From NCBI GenBank assembly GCA_947258385.1, contig CAMYII010000069.1:11106-75105 (forward strand): a DNA stretch of 64,000 bases. Direction: 5' to 3'. The position numbers were made by a program, and so were the translations under genes. A model generated the notes under the pieces. That model ran no database searches. It was not told where the DNA came from and saw only the letters and a list, made by a program, of their open reading frames with translations. This DNA is from Acidiferrobacterales bacterium (lineage in GTDB: Bacteria; Pseudomonadota; Gammaproteobacteria; Acidiferrobacterales; SZUA-150). The first letter of the stretch is position 1; each line of letters begins with the position of its first letter. Positions 47,263 through 57,762 of the stretch are shown here, piece by piece.

Positions 47263-49674
47263 CTAGTCTTCATTTTCGGACTCGTGTTCGTGGGCGCGCC
47301 TGGCCATGGCGATCAAGCGTGCCTCAACGCGCTGATTGACGCTGCCGGCGGGATACATCCCGGCTTCGTCGCGTTCGCCCGCCGCCAGACCGGTGAGCAG
47401 TGCCATGCCTTCATCGATGGTCTCCACGGGGTGGATATGAAACTTATTTTCGGCGACCGCATCGATCACATCACGGCGCAACATGAGATGGTTGACGTTG
47501 CTCGCCGGAATCAGTACACCCTGCTCACCGGTCAGGCCGCGCCTGACGCACACATCAAAGAAACCTTCGATCTTCTCATTGACACCGCCAATGGCCTGCA
47601 CCTGACCGTTCTGGTTGACCGATCCGGTGACCGCCAGGGACTGCGCGATCGGCACATCGGCCAACGCCGAGAGCAGAGCATACAACTCCGCCGATGACGC
47701 GCTGTCACCCTCCACGCCACCGTAGGTCTGCTCAAAAACAAGGCTCGCGTTGAGCGACAAGCTCTCCTCCTGTGCATAGCGGCCGTTCAGAAAACCGGTG
47801 AGAATGAGCACACCCTTGGAGTGGATCGGCCCGCCCAGCTCGATCTCGCGTTCGATGTCCAGCACCTCGCCCTTGCCCTGCCGCACCTTGGCGGTGATAC
47901 GGCTCGGATGGCCAAAGGCATAATCGCCTAACATCACCACCGACAACCCATTGACCTGCCCGGCCACCGCACCGTGCGAATCAATCATCAACGTGCCACG
48001 TTGAATCTCCTCCAACAGATGCTGCTGCACCCGGTCGTTGCGGTGTACCCATGCATCGATCGCCTGCTGCACATGGTTGATACCGATCACGTCGCTCGCC
48101 GCCTCACCGGCCCAGTAATCGGCTTCACGCAACAGATCCCCGATCTTTCCAAAGCGCGTGGAAAGCTTGTCCGTATCTTCCGCCAACCGGGAACCGTGCT
48201 CGATCACGCGCGCCACGGCATGCCGGTCCAAGGGCCGCAATTTCTCGCGCTGCGCCAGCATCGCGATCAAATGCGCGTAACCCTGGCTGCTTTGCTCGTC
48301 GCGGTCCATGACGCTGTTGAAATCGGCCGCGACTTTGAACAGCTCGCTGAACTCCGGATCGAGCTCACAAAGCAGGTAGTAAAGCAGACGCTCGCCGAGC
48401 AAGACCACCTTTATATCCAGCGGAATCGGTTCCGGCTCCAGTGTCGCCACGCTGAGCAGGCTCAAGGCATGGCCTAGGGATTCGATCCGGATCTCGCGGG
48501 ACCGCAAACAGCGCTTGAGCGCCTCCCACAGGAACGGCTGCAGCAACACCTCGCGCACATCGAGAATGAGGTAGCCGCCGTTAGCCTGATGCAGGACGCC
48601 GGGTTTGATCAGGGTGAAATCGGTGACCAGCGCACCCATGCGCGCATGGTGTTCGAGGCGGCCGATCAGATTCTGATACGTCGGGTTGTCCATGTAGATC
48701 ACCGGTGCGCCTTCGGTCTCGCTGCGATCGACGATCACGTTGACCTTGTAACGGTGCAGCGCGGCTTCCCGGCTGGAGGGTCGTTGCTCGGGAACTCCCG
48801 GAATCATAATTTCCGGTTGTTCCTGACGCCGGAAGGCATCCGCATTGTCGGTCACATCCAGCTGCACGGCATTGAGATAGTCCTGCACGGCCGGCAACCC
48901 CTCATAGACCCGGCGCAACTCGTCTATCACATGGCCGACGGCCGACATGGTGATCTCGCGATTGAGCTGCTTTAACGCTTCCTGGCTCTCTCTGCGCCAG
49001 CGCACCACCTGCTGGAGAATGCCCTGCAGGTGTTCCTGCAGGTTTTCCACGATCGCCTCGACCTGTTTGCGCTTCTCTTCCGGGAGCTTTTCGTACTCAT
49101 CGGGCTGAATCACTTCACCGTCACGGGTGGGAACGAAGGCAAGTCCGGAAGGCGTGCGCAGCATGGTAATCTCGTGCTCCTCGGCCTCTTTCTGCAGTGC
49201 CTCAAAGGCCTGCTCCTGCTGCTCTTTCAGTTTCTCCTCGATTTCCTGGCGCCTGGCGCGGTATTCATCGCTCTCATAGGCCGTGGGCACGGCGGAGCGC
49301 AGCTCGTCGACCAGCTGTTCCATGTGCTGGCGCAGCTGCGGACCCATACCCGGCGGCAGCGCCAGGGCAAGCGGCTTCTGCGGATCCTTGAAATTGTTGA
49401 TATAGCACCAGTCATCCGGCACGGGCTCCGCCGCCGCTTTTTGCTCGGTAAACTGCTGGGTAACGGAACGTTTGCCGGTACCGGAGGGACCCAGGGCAAA
49501 CAGGTTATAACCCTCCCGGCGGATACCTATGCCAAAATGGATCGCATTCAGCGCCCGTTCCTGACCCACAACCTCCAGGGCTTCCTCAAGCTCCGCGGTT
49601 GTGTCAAAGGCGAACTGTGCGGGATCGCAAACTCGGTACAGTTGCTCCGGGCTTAAGCACTTTTCGGCATTCAT
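47263..49674 (-). CDS. Lon-like (LonB/LonC-type) AAA+ protease
   Basis: GQERA, GPSGTGK, HQANGGYL, GQVNGL, HSKG, EGDSAS (catalytic Ser), GGVNEKIEGF. Confidence 0.9.
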   Translation of the reverse strand: MNAEKCLSPEQLYRVCDPAQFAFDTTAELEEALEVVGQERALNAIHFGIGIRREGYNLFALGPSGTGKRSVTQQFTEQKAAAEPVPDDWCYINNFKDPQKPLALALPPGMGPQLRQHMEQLVDELRSAVPTAYESDEYRARRQEIEEKLKEQQEQAFEALQKEAEEHEITMLRTPSGLAFVPTRDGEVIQPDEYEKLPEEKRKQVEAIVENLQEHLQGILQQVVRWRRESQEALKQLNREITMSAVGHVIDELRRVYEGLPAVQDYLNAVQLDVTDNADAFRRQEQPEIMIPGVPEQRPSSREAALHRYKVNVIVDRSETEGAPVIYMDNPTYQNLIGRLEHHARMGALVTDFTLIKPGVLHQANGGYLILDVREVLLQPFLWEALKRCLRSREIRIESLGHALSLLSVATLEPEPIPLDIKVVLLGERLLYYLLCELDPEFSELFKVAADFNSVMDRDEQSSQGYAHLIAMLAQREKLRPLDRHAVARVIEHGSRLAEDTDKLSTRFGKIGDLLREADYWAGEAASDVIGINHVQQAIDAWVHRNDRVQQHLLEEIQRGTLMIDSHGAVAGQVNGLSVVMLGDYAFGHPSRITAKVRQGKGEVLDIEREIELGGPIHSKGVLILTGFLNGRYAQEESLSLNASLVFEQTYGGVEGDSASSAELYALLSALADVPIAQSLAVTGSVNQNGQVQAIGGVNEKIEGFFDVCVRRGLTGEQGVLIPASNVNHLMLRRDVIDAVAENKFHIHPVETIDEGMALLTGLAAGERDEAGMYPAGSVNQRVEARLIAMARRAHEHESENED

Positions 49675-49917
49675 TGGTGTGGTTTTTCTCGTGTTTGGCA
49701 CGGTCGTGAAATCGCTTGCGGGCCGCATCGTCCTTGTAGACACTTGCGAAACTCAACTCTAACGTATTTTTGCATGCCAGCGCACCCCGTGCCAGCGACG
49801 GCCAGGCACAACCCGCTGATATCACGAACGTCAGATACGGGGTAAAAAAGAAGTGAAGGAAAAATCCGGCTGGATGGAAGGGGGCACATCTGCCGCTTCC
49901 CGCGGCCCGGATTTCGC

Positions 49918-50298
49918 TTAGACGAGCTGGATCGGAATGGCGTCGCGTGTGTGGCGCAGCCGGTTGCGCTCATCCACGTACACCAATTCCGGCTTGAAGC
50001 CGGCCAGCTCCTTGTCCTCCAGCACCGCGTAAGCGCAGATAATGACGATATCGCCGGGATCGGCCTTGTGGGCGGCGGCACCGTTCACGGAAATGATACC
50101 GGAACCGGCCTGGGCGCGGATCGCGTAGGTCGTGAAACGCTCCCCGTTATTGACGTTATAGACCTCGACCTGCTCGTACTCTCGGATATCCGCGGCATCC
50201 AGCAAATGCCCGTCGATCGCCACCGACCCCTCGTAGTCCAACTCCGAATGGGTCACGCGGACACGGTGCAGTTTCGCTCTGAGCAGAATTCTTCGCAT
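49918..50298 (-). CDS. panD: Aspartate 1-decarboxylase
   Basis: KLHR..YEGS (cleavage site), [13 protein letters not shown]. Confidence 0.97.
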   Translation of the reverse strand: MRRILLRAKLHRVRVTHSELDYEGSVAIDGHLLDAADIREYEQVEVYNVNNGERFTTYAIRAQAGSGIISVNGAAAHKADPGDIVIICAYAVLEDKELAGFKPELVYVDERNRLRHTRDAIPIQLV

Positions 50299-50337
50299 AA
50301 CGTCAGTTTACCATGAATACCGGCCGATTATCCCGGT

Positions 50338-51198
50338 TTAGCCGCCAGGATTCAAATCGAGCTCGATATTATCGATCAAGCGCGCGCCGCCGAGATAAGC
50401 GGCTGCAAGGATCACGAGCTTACGGTCATCCGGCCCGGCTTCCTGAAGGTCCGCCTGACGGCGGATGCTGAGGTAATCGGGACGGAAACCGGCCCCGGCA
50501 AGCGCCTGCATGACCTCATCTGCTGCGCCCGGTAATATGCGCCGCGCCAATACTATTTGATCGCGCAGGCCGCAAAGAGTTGCATAGAGCGTCGGCGCCA
50601 GCCGCCGCTCTTCGCTGGAGAGATAGGCGTTGCGCGAGCTCATGGCGAGGCCGTCGGCCTCACGCACCGTTTCCACGCCAACGATCTCGACCGGCATCGC
50701 GAGATCGGCCACCATCAACCGAATGATTAATAACTGCTGGTAATCCTTTTTGCCGAACAGCGCCACATCCGGCGCCACCAGGTTGAACAGTCTGTTGACG
50801 ACCGTTGTCACCCCGCGGAAATGACCCGGTCGGCTGGCGCCGCACAGAGTATCGCTTAACCCCGGTACCTCCACAAAGGTCTGCGCCGCCTGCCCGCGCG
50901 GGTAAACGGTGTCGACCGAGGGGTTGAACAGCAGATCAACATGGGCCACGGCCAATGCGGCCTGATCTTCCGTGAACGTGCGCGGGTAGCTGCCAAAATC
51001 CTCGTCTTGCCCGAATTGCATCGGATTCACGAAAATACTGGCGATCACAGCATCGGCGATCGAGCGGGCCTCCCGGATCAACCGCAGGTGGCCGGCATGT
51101 AAATTGCCCATGGTTGGCACAAAGGCGATGCGCTTGCCTGCGGCGCGCAGGGCCGCCACGCGCTCGCACAGTTCGCCGCGGGTTTCCACGACAATCAT
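50338..51198 (-). CDS. panC: Pantoate-beta-alanine ligase
   Basis: VPTMGNLHAGH, FVNPMQF, RPGHFRGV, GLAMSSRN, RLIDN. Confidence 0.97.
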   Translation of the reverse strand: MIVVETRGELCERVAALRAAGKRIAFVPTMGNLHAGHLRLIREARSIADAVIASIFVNPMQFGQDEDFGSYPRTFTEDQAALAVAHVDLLFNPSVDTVYPRGQAAQTFVEVPGLSDTLCGASRPGHFRGVTTVVNRLFNLVAPDVALFGKKDYQQLLIIRLMVADLAMPVEIVGVETVREADGLAMSSRNAYLSSEERRLAPTLYATLCGLRDQIVLARRILPGAADEVMQALAGAGFRPDYLSIRRQADLQEAGPDDRKLVILAAAYLGGARLIDNIELDLNPGG

Positions 51199-51203
51199 GG
51201 CGA

Positions 51204-52001
51204 TCAGAAACTTTCTTCCGCCGTGGGAAACTCACCCGCCTTCACCGCCGCGATAAAGGCCTTGAACGCCGCCTCGATGCTGTCCTGCTCGCGCATAAAA
51301 TTGCGTGAGAACTTGGGACTGGGACGCGGATAGATGCCCAACATGTCCTGCAACACCAACACCTGCCCGTCGCACAGCGGGCCAGCGCCGATTCCGATCG
51401 TGGGGATCGCCAGCGCCGCGCTCACCTCGCCGGCCAGGCTCGCCGGCACCGCCTCCAGCACCAGGATGCTGGCACCCGCGTGCTCCATGGCCTTGGCGTC
51501 GGCAAGGATCTGGCGCGCCGAGGCCTCGTCACGGCCCTGAATGCGGTAGCCACCCAGTTGGTGCACGGATTGGGGGGTGAGACCGAGATGGGCGCAGACG
51601 GGAATACCGCGCTCCACCAGGAAGCGCACGGTCTCTACCATCGGCGCGCCGCCCTCCAGCTTGACCACATGGGCGCCGCCCTCTTTCATCAACCGCCCCG
51701 CGCTTTCAAGGGCCTGCTGCGGCCCGGCCTGATAACTCATAAACGGCAGATCCGCGATCAGGAGCGCCCGCGTGCAGCCTCTGGCGACACAGCGGCTGTG
51801 ATAGGCCACCTCACCAAGGGTCACGGGCAGGGTCGATTCATGACCCTGCATCACCATGCCGAGAGAATCGCCAACCATGATCGCATCAATACCGGCATTG
51901 TCCATCAGGCTGGCAAAACTGTAGTCATAGGCAGTCAGGCAGGTGATCTTTTCACCCGCTTGTTTCATTTTCTTCAGTGTCGTGATGGTGACCGCTTTCA
52001 T
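51204..52001 (-). CDS. panB: 3-methyl-2-oxobutanoate hydroxymethyltransferase
   Basis: LTAYD, VGDSLG, VKLEGG, HLGLTPQ, GIGAG..DGQVLV. Confidence 0.97.
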   Translation of the reverse strand: MKAVTITTLKKMKQAGEKITCLTAYDYSFASLMDNAGIDAIMVGDSLGMVMQGHESTLPVTLGEVAYHSRCVARGCTRALLIADLPFMSYQAGPQQALESAGRLMKEGGAHVVKLEGGAPMVETVRFLVERGIPVCAHLGLTPQSVHQLGGYRIQGRDEASARQILADAKAMEHAGASILVLEAVPASLAGEVSAALAIPTIGIGAGPLCDGQVLVLQDMLGIYPRPSPKFSRNFMREQDSIEAAFKAFIAAVKAGEFPTAEESF

Positions 52002-52648
52002 GGCTGGCTCGTCAAGGGATTGAAAAAATGGCGTCCACGGCGAATGCTGCCTATATGCTCCAACAGCGCCGCAAAATCCTCGTCGCTGTCAACAAAATTG
52101 ATCTCCGCGGCGTTGACCACCAGCAACGGCGCCGCCGCGTAATGATAAAAAAAGCGCGTGTAGGCATCGGCCAGCGCCTGCAGGTAATCGCGCTCGATCC
52201 GGTGTTCATAGTGTATGCCGCGCCGCCGTATGCGGTCGAGCAGTACGGCCACCGGGGCCTGCAGGTAAACCACCAGGTCCGGCACCGGCATGTCCAACTG
52301 CAGCTGATTGTACACCTGCTGATACAGGCGCAGTTCGTCATCATCCAGCGTCACCTGGGCGAACAGGCTGTCCTTCTCCAGCATGAAATCCGCCACACAC
52401 CCGGGACGGAACATGTCGCCCTGCTTTAACTCCTCAATCTGGCGGGCGCGCTGAAACAGGAAAAAAAGCTGCGTCGGCAGGGCGTAATTCTTGCGCGAGT
52501 GATAAAAGCGTTCCAGAAACGGGTTCTCTTGCGGCCTCTCGAGCAGCAGCTCGCTGCCGCCAGCGGCCGCCAGCCGCCGGGCGAGACTGGTCTTGCCAAC
52601 ACCGACCGGTCCCTCCACCACGACATAACCCAGGTTTTTGAAATTCAT
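51998..52648 (-). CDS. Deoxynucleoside kinase
   Basis: EGPVGVGKTSL, NPFLERFY, QLFFL..R, PDLVVYL; located between folK and panB. Confidence 0.92.
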   Translation of the reverse strand: MNFKNLGYVVVEGPVGVGKTSLARRLAAAGGSELLLERPQENPFLERFYHSRKNYALPTQLFFLFQRARQIEELKQGDMFRPGCVADFMLEKDSLFAQVTLDDDELRLYQQVYNQLQLDMPVPDLVVYLQAPVAVLLDRIRRRGIHYEHRIERDYLQALADAYTRFFYHYAAAPLLVVNAAEINFVDSDEDFAALLEHIGSIRRGRHFFNPLTSQP

Positions 52649-52668
52649 ATCCCGTCCAAGCTTACGCT

Positions 52669-53238
52669 TTATTCGTTCGCGGTATTGACAGTGGGCTCCG
52701 CCGGCAACGAACTCACGCCTTGTGTCAGCGTCTCATCGAGGCGGCGGACATCTTGCGCGGCGCACCCCGGGAGCAGCTCACGAACGGCGCCTTTCCCCGG
52801 AATCAACAGATCGGCGGCGATCTCCGCCAGAGGATACAGCACGAACGCCCGTTCGTGGAGCCTGGGGTGGGGTATGACCAGCCTCGGCAAACGCATGACC
52901 CGTTCGCCGTAGAGCAACAAATCCAAGTCGAGGGTGCGCGGCCCGCCCTTGCCACCTGCACGGTCCCGGCCAAACCCGGCCTCGATCTCAAGCAGGTGGC
53001 GCAGCAGCGGCAACGGTTCGAGCCCGGTTTCAATACGGCAGACACCGTTGATAAAATCCGGCTGTGGTTGATCGCCGACCGGCGCGGTCAGATAGGCGGA
53101 GGAACACTGCTTCACCGAGGTCGTGTCCAAGGCATTGAGCCGTTCGATACCTTGCCGCAAAATTCGAAGGCGATCACCGAGATTACTGCCCAGAGCAATA
53201 TAGGCGGTCTGTTGCGCCTGCCGCTTATTCCTGCGCAT
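52669..53238 (-). CDS. folK: 2-amino-4-hydroxy-6-hydroxymethyldihydropteridine diphosphokinase
   Basis: YIALGSNLGD, GPRTLDLDLL, PHPRLHERAFVL.PL. Confidence 0.95.
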   Translation of the reverse strand: MRRNKRQAQQTAYIALGSNLGDRLRILRQGIERLNALDTTSVKQCSSAYLTAPVGDQPQPDFINGVCRIETGLEPLPLLRHLLEIEAGFGRDRAGGKGGPRTLDLDLLLYGERVMRLPRLVIPHPRLHERAFVLYPLAEIAADLLIPGKGAVRELLPGCAAQDVRRLDETLTQGVSSLPAEPTVNTANE

Positions 53239-54541
53239 GGCTTGCCGCTTTCCGCTTGCGTGAACGCGACCGGCCACGGCGTCCCTTGGGCGGGGAGACG
53301 GCACGCACCATGGCCCGGGTCTCGGCCTCGTCCACCTCCTGAAACCGTGTCCACCATTCGCACAGCTCCGCTGGTTCTTCGCCTGCCTCGGCCCGCAGGC
53401 ACAGAAAATCATAGGCGGCCCGGAACCGCTCATGCTGCACTAAACGGAACGCGTGCTTGCCGTGGCGTCGCGCAAAACGCGGCTGCAGCGCCCAGATCTC
53501 GCGCATGGGCGTGCTGAAGCGGCGTGGAATCGAGGTGTGCCGCGCCTGCTCCCGGAGCACATCGCTCGCCGCCATGCGGAAGGCCTCGTGGGGGCTGCCG
53601 CCACGTTCCATCAGGCGATCCGCCTGCCTGCGCGCCGGTTCCCATAACAGCACCGCAAGCAAAAAAGCTGGCGTCACCGACTTGCCGCCATTAATGCGCG
53701 TATCGGTGTTGGCCAACGCCCGCGGCACCAGGGTGATGGGAAATCCGTCCTGCTCCCGGGTCATGCCCTCCTCGGTCAGGGGAAAGACGTGCCCGAACAG
53801 CTCGTAGTGACGCAGCATTTCGAAACTCGTCAGGGCGCAACCGCCTTGGAAGAGTTTGATGACTTCGTCGAACATGCGTGAGGGCGGCACGTCACGCAGC
53901 AGCGGCGCCAGTTTGTGCAGGGCGCCGGCCGTGCGGGCCTCGATCTTGAACCCCAATTTGGCGGCGAAACGTACCGCCCGCAGCATGCGCACCGGATCCT
54001 CACGCAAGCGAACCTCGGGGTCGCCGATCACCCGCACGATCCCCTGCTTGAGATCGGCCACGCCGCCGACGTAGTCGGTCACGGAGAAGTCCGCGATATT
54101 GTAATACAGGGCATTGATCGTGAAATCCCTGCGCCAGGCATCGTCTTCCATGGCGCCATACACGTTGTCCCGCACAATGCGCCCGGCCTCGGTCAGCTCC
54201 AGACCGGCCGCCGTCTGTTCCGCCTCCGGCGCGGCGCGATAGGTCGCGACCTCGACGATCTCACGCCCGAATCGGACGTGCACCAGGCGGAATCGCCGGC
54301 CGATCAAGCGGGCGTTACGGAAGAGTTTGCGCACCGTTTCGGGCTGGGCATCGGTGACCACGTCGAAGTCCTTGGGCTCGCGCCCGAGCATCAAGTCGCG
54401 CACACACCCCCCGACCAGCTGGCTCTCATGACCCACCTCTCTCAGTCGAATCAATACCTTAAGCGCGCTTTCACTGAGCTGGGCGCGCGAAATAGGATGC
54501 TCGGATCGTGGAATAACGACTGGGGAACGCGGCTTACTCAC
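53225..54541 (-). CDS. pcnB: Poly(A) polymerase I
   Basis: VGGCVRD..PKDFD, LIGRRFRLVHV signature, DAWRRDFTINAL, EDPVRMLRA, FRAAYDFL; GTG start. Confidence 0.96.
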   Translation of the reverse strand: MSKPRSPVVIPRSEHPISRAQLSESALKVLIRLREVGHESQLVGGCVRDLMLGREPKDFDVVTDAQPETVRKLFRNARLIGRRFRLVHVRFGREIVEVATYRAAPEAEQTAAGLELTEAGRIVRDNVYGAMEDDAWRRDFTINALYYNIADFSVTDYVGGVADLKQGIVRVIGDPEVRLREDPVRMLRAVRFAAKLGFKIEARTAGALHKLAPLLRDVPPSRMFDEVIKLFQGGCALTSFEMLRHYELFGHVFPLTEEGMTREQDGFPITLVPRALANTDTRINGGKSVTPAFLLAVLLWEPARRQADRLMERGGSPHEAFRMAASDVLREQARHTSIPRRFSTPMREIWALQPRFARRHGKHAFRLVQHERFRAAYDFLCLRAEAGEEPAELCEWWTRFQEVDEAETRAMVRAVSPPKGRRGRSRSRKRKAASHAQE

Positions 54542-54651
54542 CTTGAAAATCGATCGCCCTCGGCCTCAACAGCCATTTTGATTATTGTGTGATTATACCT
54601 CTAACGTATAATACACGGCTTTCCGGCCTATATCTGGTCGGAGACCGTTAC

Positions 54652-54727
54652 GCTCCCTTCGTCTAGTGGCCTAGGACGCTGGCCTCTCACGCCGGAAACA
54701 GGGGTTCGAGTCCCCTAGGGAGCGCCA
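54652..54727 (+). tRNA. tRNA-Glu (anticodon CTC)
   Basis: GCTCCCT acceptor..GTCTAGTGGCCTAGGAC D arm, CTGGC-CTCTCAC-GCCGG anticodon arm, GGTTCGAGT T loop, 3' CCA; TATAAT at about 54607 upstream. Confidence 0.96.
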
Positions 54728-54762
54728 CCTTTTCGTCCCGGCAACACGACGCAGAATAACCG

Positions 54763-55629
54763 ATGGCAAGCACATCGCCTCATATCGCCGAGGTTGGCCG
54801 GCAGGATTTCGACCAGCAGGTGCTGCAGCGTTCGCGGCAGGTGCCGGTACTGGTGGATTTCTGGGCCGCCTGGTGCGGCCCCTGCCAGATGTTGATGCCC
54901 CTGCTCGCCAAGCTGGTCGGGGAGTACGAGGGCCGGTTTTTTCTCGCCAAGGTCAACAGCGACCAGGAGCAGGAACTGGCGCGCCAATACGGCATCCGCA
55001 GCCTGCCCACCGTCAAGCTCTTCAAGGACGGGGCGGTCGCCGATGAGTTCATGGGCGCGCAGCCGGAGGCGGTGATCCGCGAGCTCCTCGATCGGCATAT
55101 CCTCCGGGAGTCCGATACCGCGCTTGCCGCGGCACTGGCGGCCCGGCAGGCCGGGAAAACCGAACAGGCGCTGGAGATGCTGGACACGATAATGCAGTCG
55201 GATCCGGCCAATGAGAAGGTGAAAATTGCGTACGCCGATATGCTGTTTGCCTGCGCCCGCTATGACGAAAGCGAACAGGTGCTGGGCACGCTCGCCCCGG
55301 CGAGCCGGCAGGAACCTGCCATCGCGGTCATGCTGGCGCGACTCGATTTCGCGCGCGCGGCCAAGGATGCCCCACCCGTCGCGGCGCTTGAGCACGCGAT
55401 TGCCGAGGATGCCGCAGACTGCCAGGCACGCTATCGGCTCGCCGCGCACCATGCGCTGCAGGGTGAGTATGCGGCGGCGCTGCAGCAATTACTGGAAATC
55501 GTCAAACGCGACCGCGCGTTTGCCGACGACGCCGGACGCAAAGGCATACTGATTGTGTTCGACCTGCTCGGCGGCAAGGGTGAACTGGTCAACCGCTACC
55601 GCCATCTGCTCGCGACCGCCTTGAACTGA
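54763..55629 (+). CDS. cnoX: Thioredoxin + TPR chaperedoxin (YbbN/CnoX family)
   Basis: VLVDFWAAWCGPC thioredoxin domain followed by TPR helices; C-terminal YRHLL..L. Confidence 0.88.
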   Translation: MASTSPHIAEVGRQDFDQQVLQRSRQVPVLVDFWAAWCGPCQMLMPLLAKLVGEYEGRFFLAKVNSDQEQELARQYGIRSLPTVKLFKDGAVADEFMGAQPEAVIRELLDRHILRESDTALAAALAARQAGKTEQALEMLDTIMQSDPANEKVKIAYADMLFACARYDESEQVLGTLAPASRQEPAIAVMLARLDFARAAKDAPPVAALEHAIAEDAADCQARYRLAAHHALQGEYAAALQQLLEIVKRDRAFADDAGRKGILIVFDLLGGKGELVNRYRHLLATALN

Positions 55630-55805
55630 TCGCTGCCGAGAGGCGGGCCCGCCAAGGCGGCAACGCCGGCTGCCTGTGGCTGGCGGTCTCACGCCGGGGC
55701 ATATAAAGTCTTAGGGAACCTTCAGAAAAAGTTTATCCACGGACTGCGGGACGCCCTGAGTCAAGCGGCGCTTCCCGAAATGCGCTATCGGAACACTGTT
55801 ACGCT

Positions 55806-56492
55806 ATGACCAATGGACCGACCGATCTGGAACAGCGCGTGCGGGAGTTGGAACGACGCCTGGACCGGATACAACGCGCGCAGGCGCCGCTGCTGGCACC
55901 GTCTTCGCTACATCCGGCGATCGCCCTAGGCCTGATTCTCATCGCCTCGGGCTTCGGCTATCTCGGCGTGGGTCTGCCGCAGCACGCCTACCAGTTCCTG
56001 CTGGCCGGGCTGATCCTGCTGGTCGCCTATCACCGCGGGGCGCTGCTGCTGCGCGAGGCCTACTGGCGCTGGCCCCAGATCACGGCCAATTACGCGTTCC
56101 TGTGCCTGCTGTGTAAGCTGCTCATCGGCGGCGGCACCAAATACCCCCTGGAGTGGCTCAAGGTGCCGACGATCAAGACCGTACCGCCGGGCGATGACGC
56201 CACCTGGTTCAATCGCGCCATCCCCGATTTTGAGTTCGGTTGGGAGGCCATCGCCTCGGTCTCGGACTGGAGCTTTGATATGACCCGCATCCAGGTGCTG
56301 CTGCTGATCGTGACGCTGCTGGGCGCATTGGTCCGTTTTCAGCCCTTCGCCTCACTGACCGCGCTCATTCTGCTGGTCATTTCCATTCCGACCTTTTTCG
56401 CGTTCCATTGGGACTGGGTCATCCTGTTCCTGATCGCCGGCGCCGCCGCGCTGTATCTGCAGACCGGGACACCGGCGCGCCACATCGATTAG
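55806..56492 (+). CDS. Hypothetical membrane protein
   Basis: 228 aa, N-terminal coiled coil then several hydrophobic helices. Confidence 0.7.
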   Translation: MTNGPTDLEQRVRELERRLDRIQRAQAPLLAPSSLHPAIALGLILIASGFGYLGVGLPQHAYQFLLAGLILLVAYHRGALLLREAYWRWPQITANYAFLCLLCKLLIGGGTKYPLEWLKVPTIKTVPPGDDATWFNRAIPDFEFGWEAIASVSDWSFDMTRIQVLLLIVTLLGALVRFQPFASLTALILLVISIPTFFAFHWDWVILFLIAGAAALYLQTGTPARHID

Positions 56493-56667
56493 ATCCTATC
56501 GCAAAAACCCTTCCGCCCCCTGGTGCTGTGGAAAAAAACGCAGAGGTCGCGGAGACGCAAGGTACGCGAAGAAAACGAAAACACTTTATTTTGAAGTATT
56601 CTCTGCGTCCTCTGCGCCTTCGCGTGCTTTGCGTCGCTTCCAGGGCGTGAGATTTTGAGACAGGTTT
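56490..56667. repeat. Repeat family A, copy 4
   Basis: TAGATCCTATCGCAAAA ... ATTTTGAGACAGGTTT with the shared hairpin core; begins at the TAG stop, between convergent genes. Confidence 0.85.
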
Positions 56668-56676
56668 GCAAGACCA

Positions 56677-57363
56677 CTAGGCGCGCAGCAGGCCGCCCAG
56701 CCAGCGGCCGATGTCAGCGATCTCTTCGAGGTTCACGGTATGCTCCATCGCATAGGCGTGCCATTCGAGCTTCACCCCCGTCCCCTGTAACAGCTCCCGC
56801 GAGGCCTCGGCCAGCGGTCGTGGAATCAGCGGATCGCGGTCGCCGTGGGCGAGAAACACCGGCAAGCCGGCTATCGGCGCCGGCGACTGTCCGCCGGGCG
56901 ATATCGCTTCCGGGATCGGGACGTAGGTCGACAATGCCAGGATGCCGCCAAGGCGCTGCGGATAGCGCAGGCCCGTGTGCAGGGCGATGGCGCCGCCCTG
57001 CGAGAACCCCGCCAGCACGATGCGATCCGTGGCGATACCGCGCCCGGTTTCGCGCGCGATGAGCCCCCGCAGGCCCTGCTCTGACTCCAGAATATGGTCG
57101 GCATCGTCCGTGAAGCCTGAGGGCGCGGGCAGCATGTCATACCAGGCGCGCATCACGTAGCCGCCGTTGATGGTCACGGGCCGGTACGGCGCATGCGGGA
57201 AAACAAAGCGCACGGCGACATCCCCGGCCAAGCCCAGCTCCGGCACGATCGGCTCGAAGTCATGACCGTCCGCGCCGAGGCCGTGCAGCCAGATGACGCT
57301 GGCGGACGGCGCGCTGGCGGTCTCGACCTCCAATGTCTCCGGCAATCGAACATCGTCTGGCAT
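56677..57363 (-). CDS. Phospholipase/carboxylesterase (alpha/beta hydrolase)
   Basis: WLHGLGADG, VTINGG..MRAWYD, GFSQGG, HGDRD, MEH. Confidence 0.93.
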   Translation of the reverse strand: MPDDVRLPETLEVETASAPSASVIWLHGLGADGHDFEPIVPELGLAGDVAVRFVFPHAPYRPVTINGGYVMRAWYDMLPAPSGFTDDADHILESEQGLRGLIARETGRGIATDRIVLAGFSQGGAIALHTGLRYPQRLGGILALSTYVPIPEAISPGGQSPAPIAGLPVFLAHGDRDPLIPRPLAEASRELLQGTGVKLEWHAYAMEHTVNLEEIADIGRWLGGLLRA

Positions 57364-57402
57364 GATAGACTCGCTAACGGCCCATGGCGCACGGTGCGCC
57401 GT

Positions 57403-57762
57403 TCATGCTTCACCACGGTAGATACAACCCGCGGTACAGGTCTCCTGCACCACCACCCGGCTCAGCAACGGCAGCCCGGGCTTCAACCGGGCCCACAGCC
57501 ATTTGGCCAGATTCTCGCTGGTCGGGTTCTCCAGCCCCTCGACCTCGTTGAGATAGCGATGATCGAGCTGCTCAAACAGGGGCTTGAAGGCGGTGCTCAA
57601 ATCAGCGAAATCCTGCACCCAGTCCTCGGGCGACTGCACCGGGCCGGCGACATGCACCTCGATCCGGAAGGAATGCCCGTGCAGCCGGCTGCACTTATGC
57701 TCGGCGGGCAGGTTTGGCAGACGGTGGGCCGCCTCTATGGTGAAAACCTTGAATATTTCCAC
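57403..57762 (-). CDS. queD: 6-carboxytetrahydropterin synthase
   Basis: [39 protein letters not shown]; GTG start inferred. Confidence 0.94.
   Translation of the reverse strand: MEIFKVFTIEAAHRLPNLPAEHKCSRLHGHSFRIEVHVAGPVQSPEDWVQDFADLSTAFKPLFEQLDHRYLNEVEGLENPTSENLAKWLWARLKPGLPLLSRVVVQETCTAGCIYRGEA

Noticed and set aside
54652-54727. tRNA-Glu as an island integration site
   Set aside because: No integrase and no duplicated tRNA 3' end seen; flanks are housekeeping genes
10117-56667. Repeat family A as a CRISPR array
   Set aside because: Copies are dispersed singly, with no repeat-spacer periodicity and no cas genes
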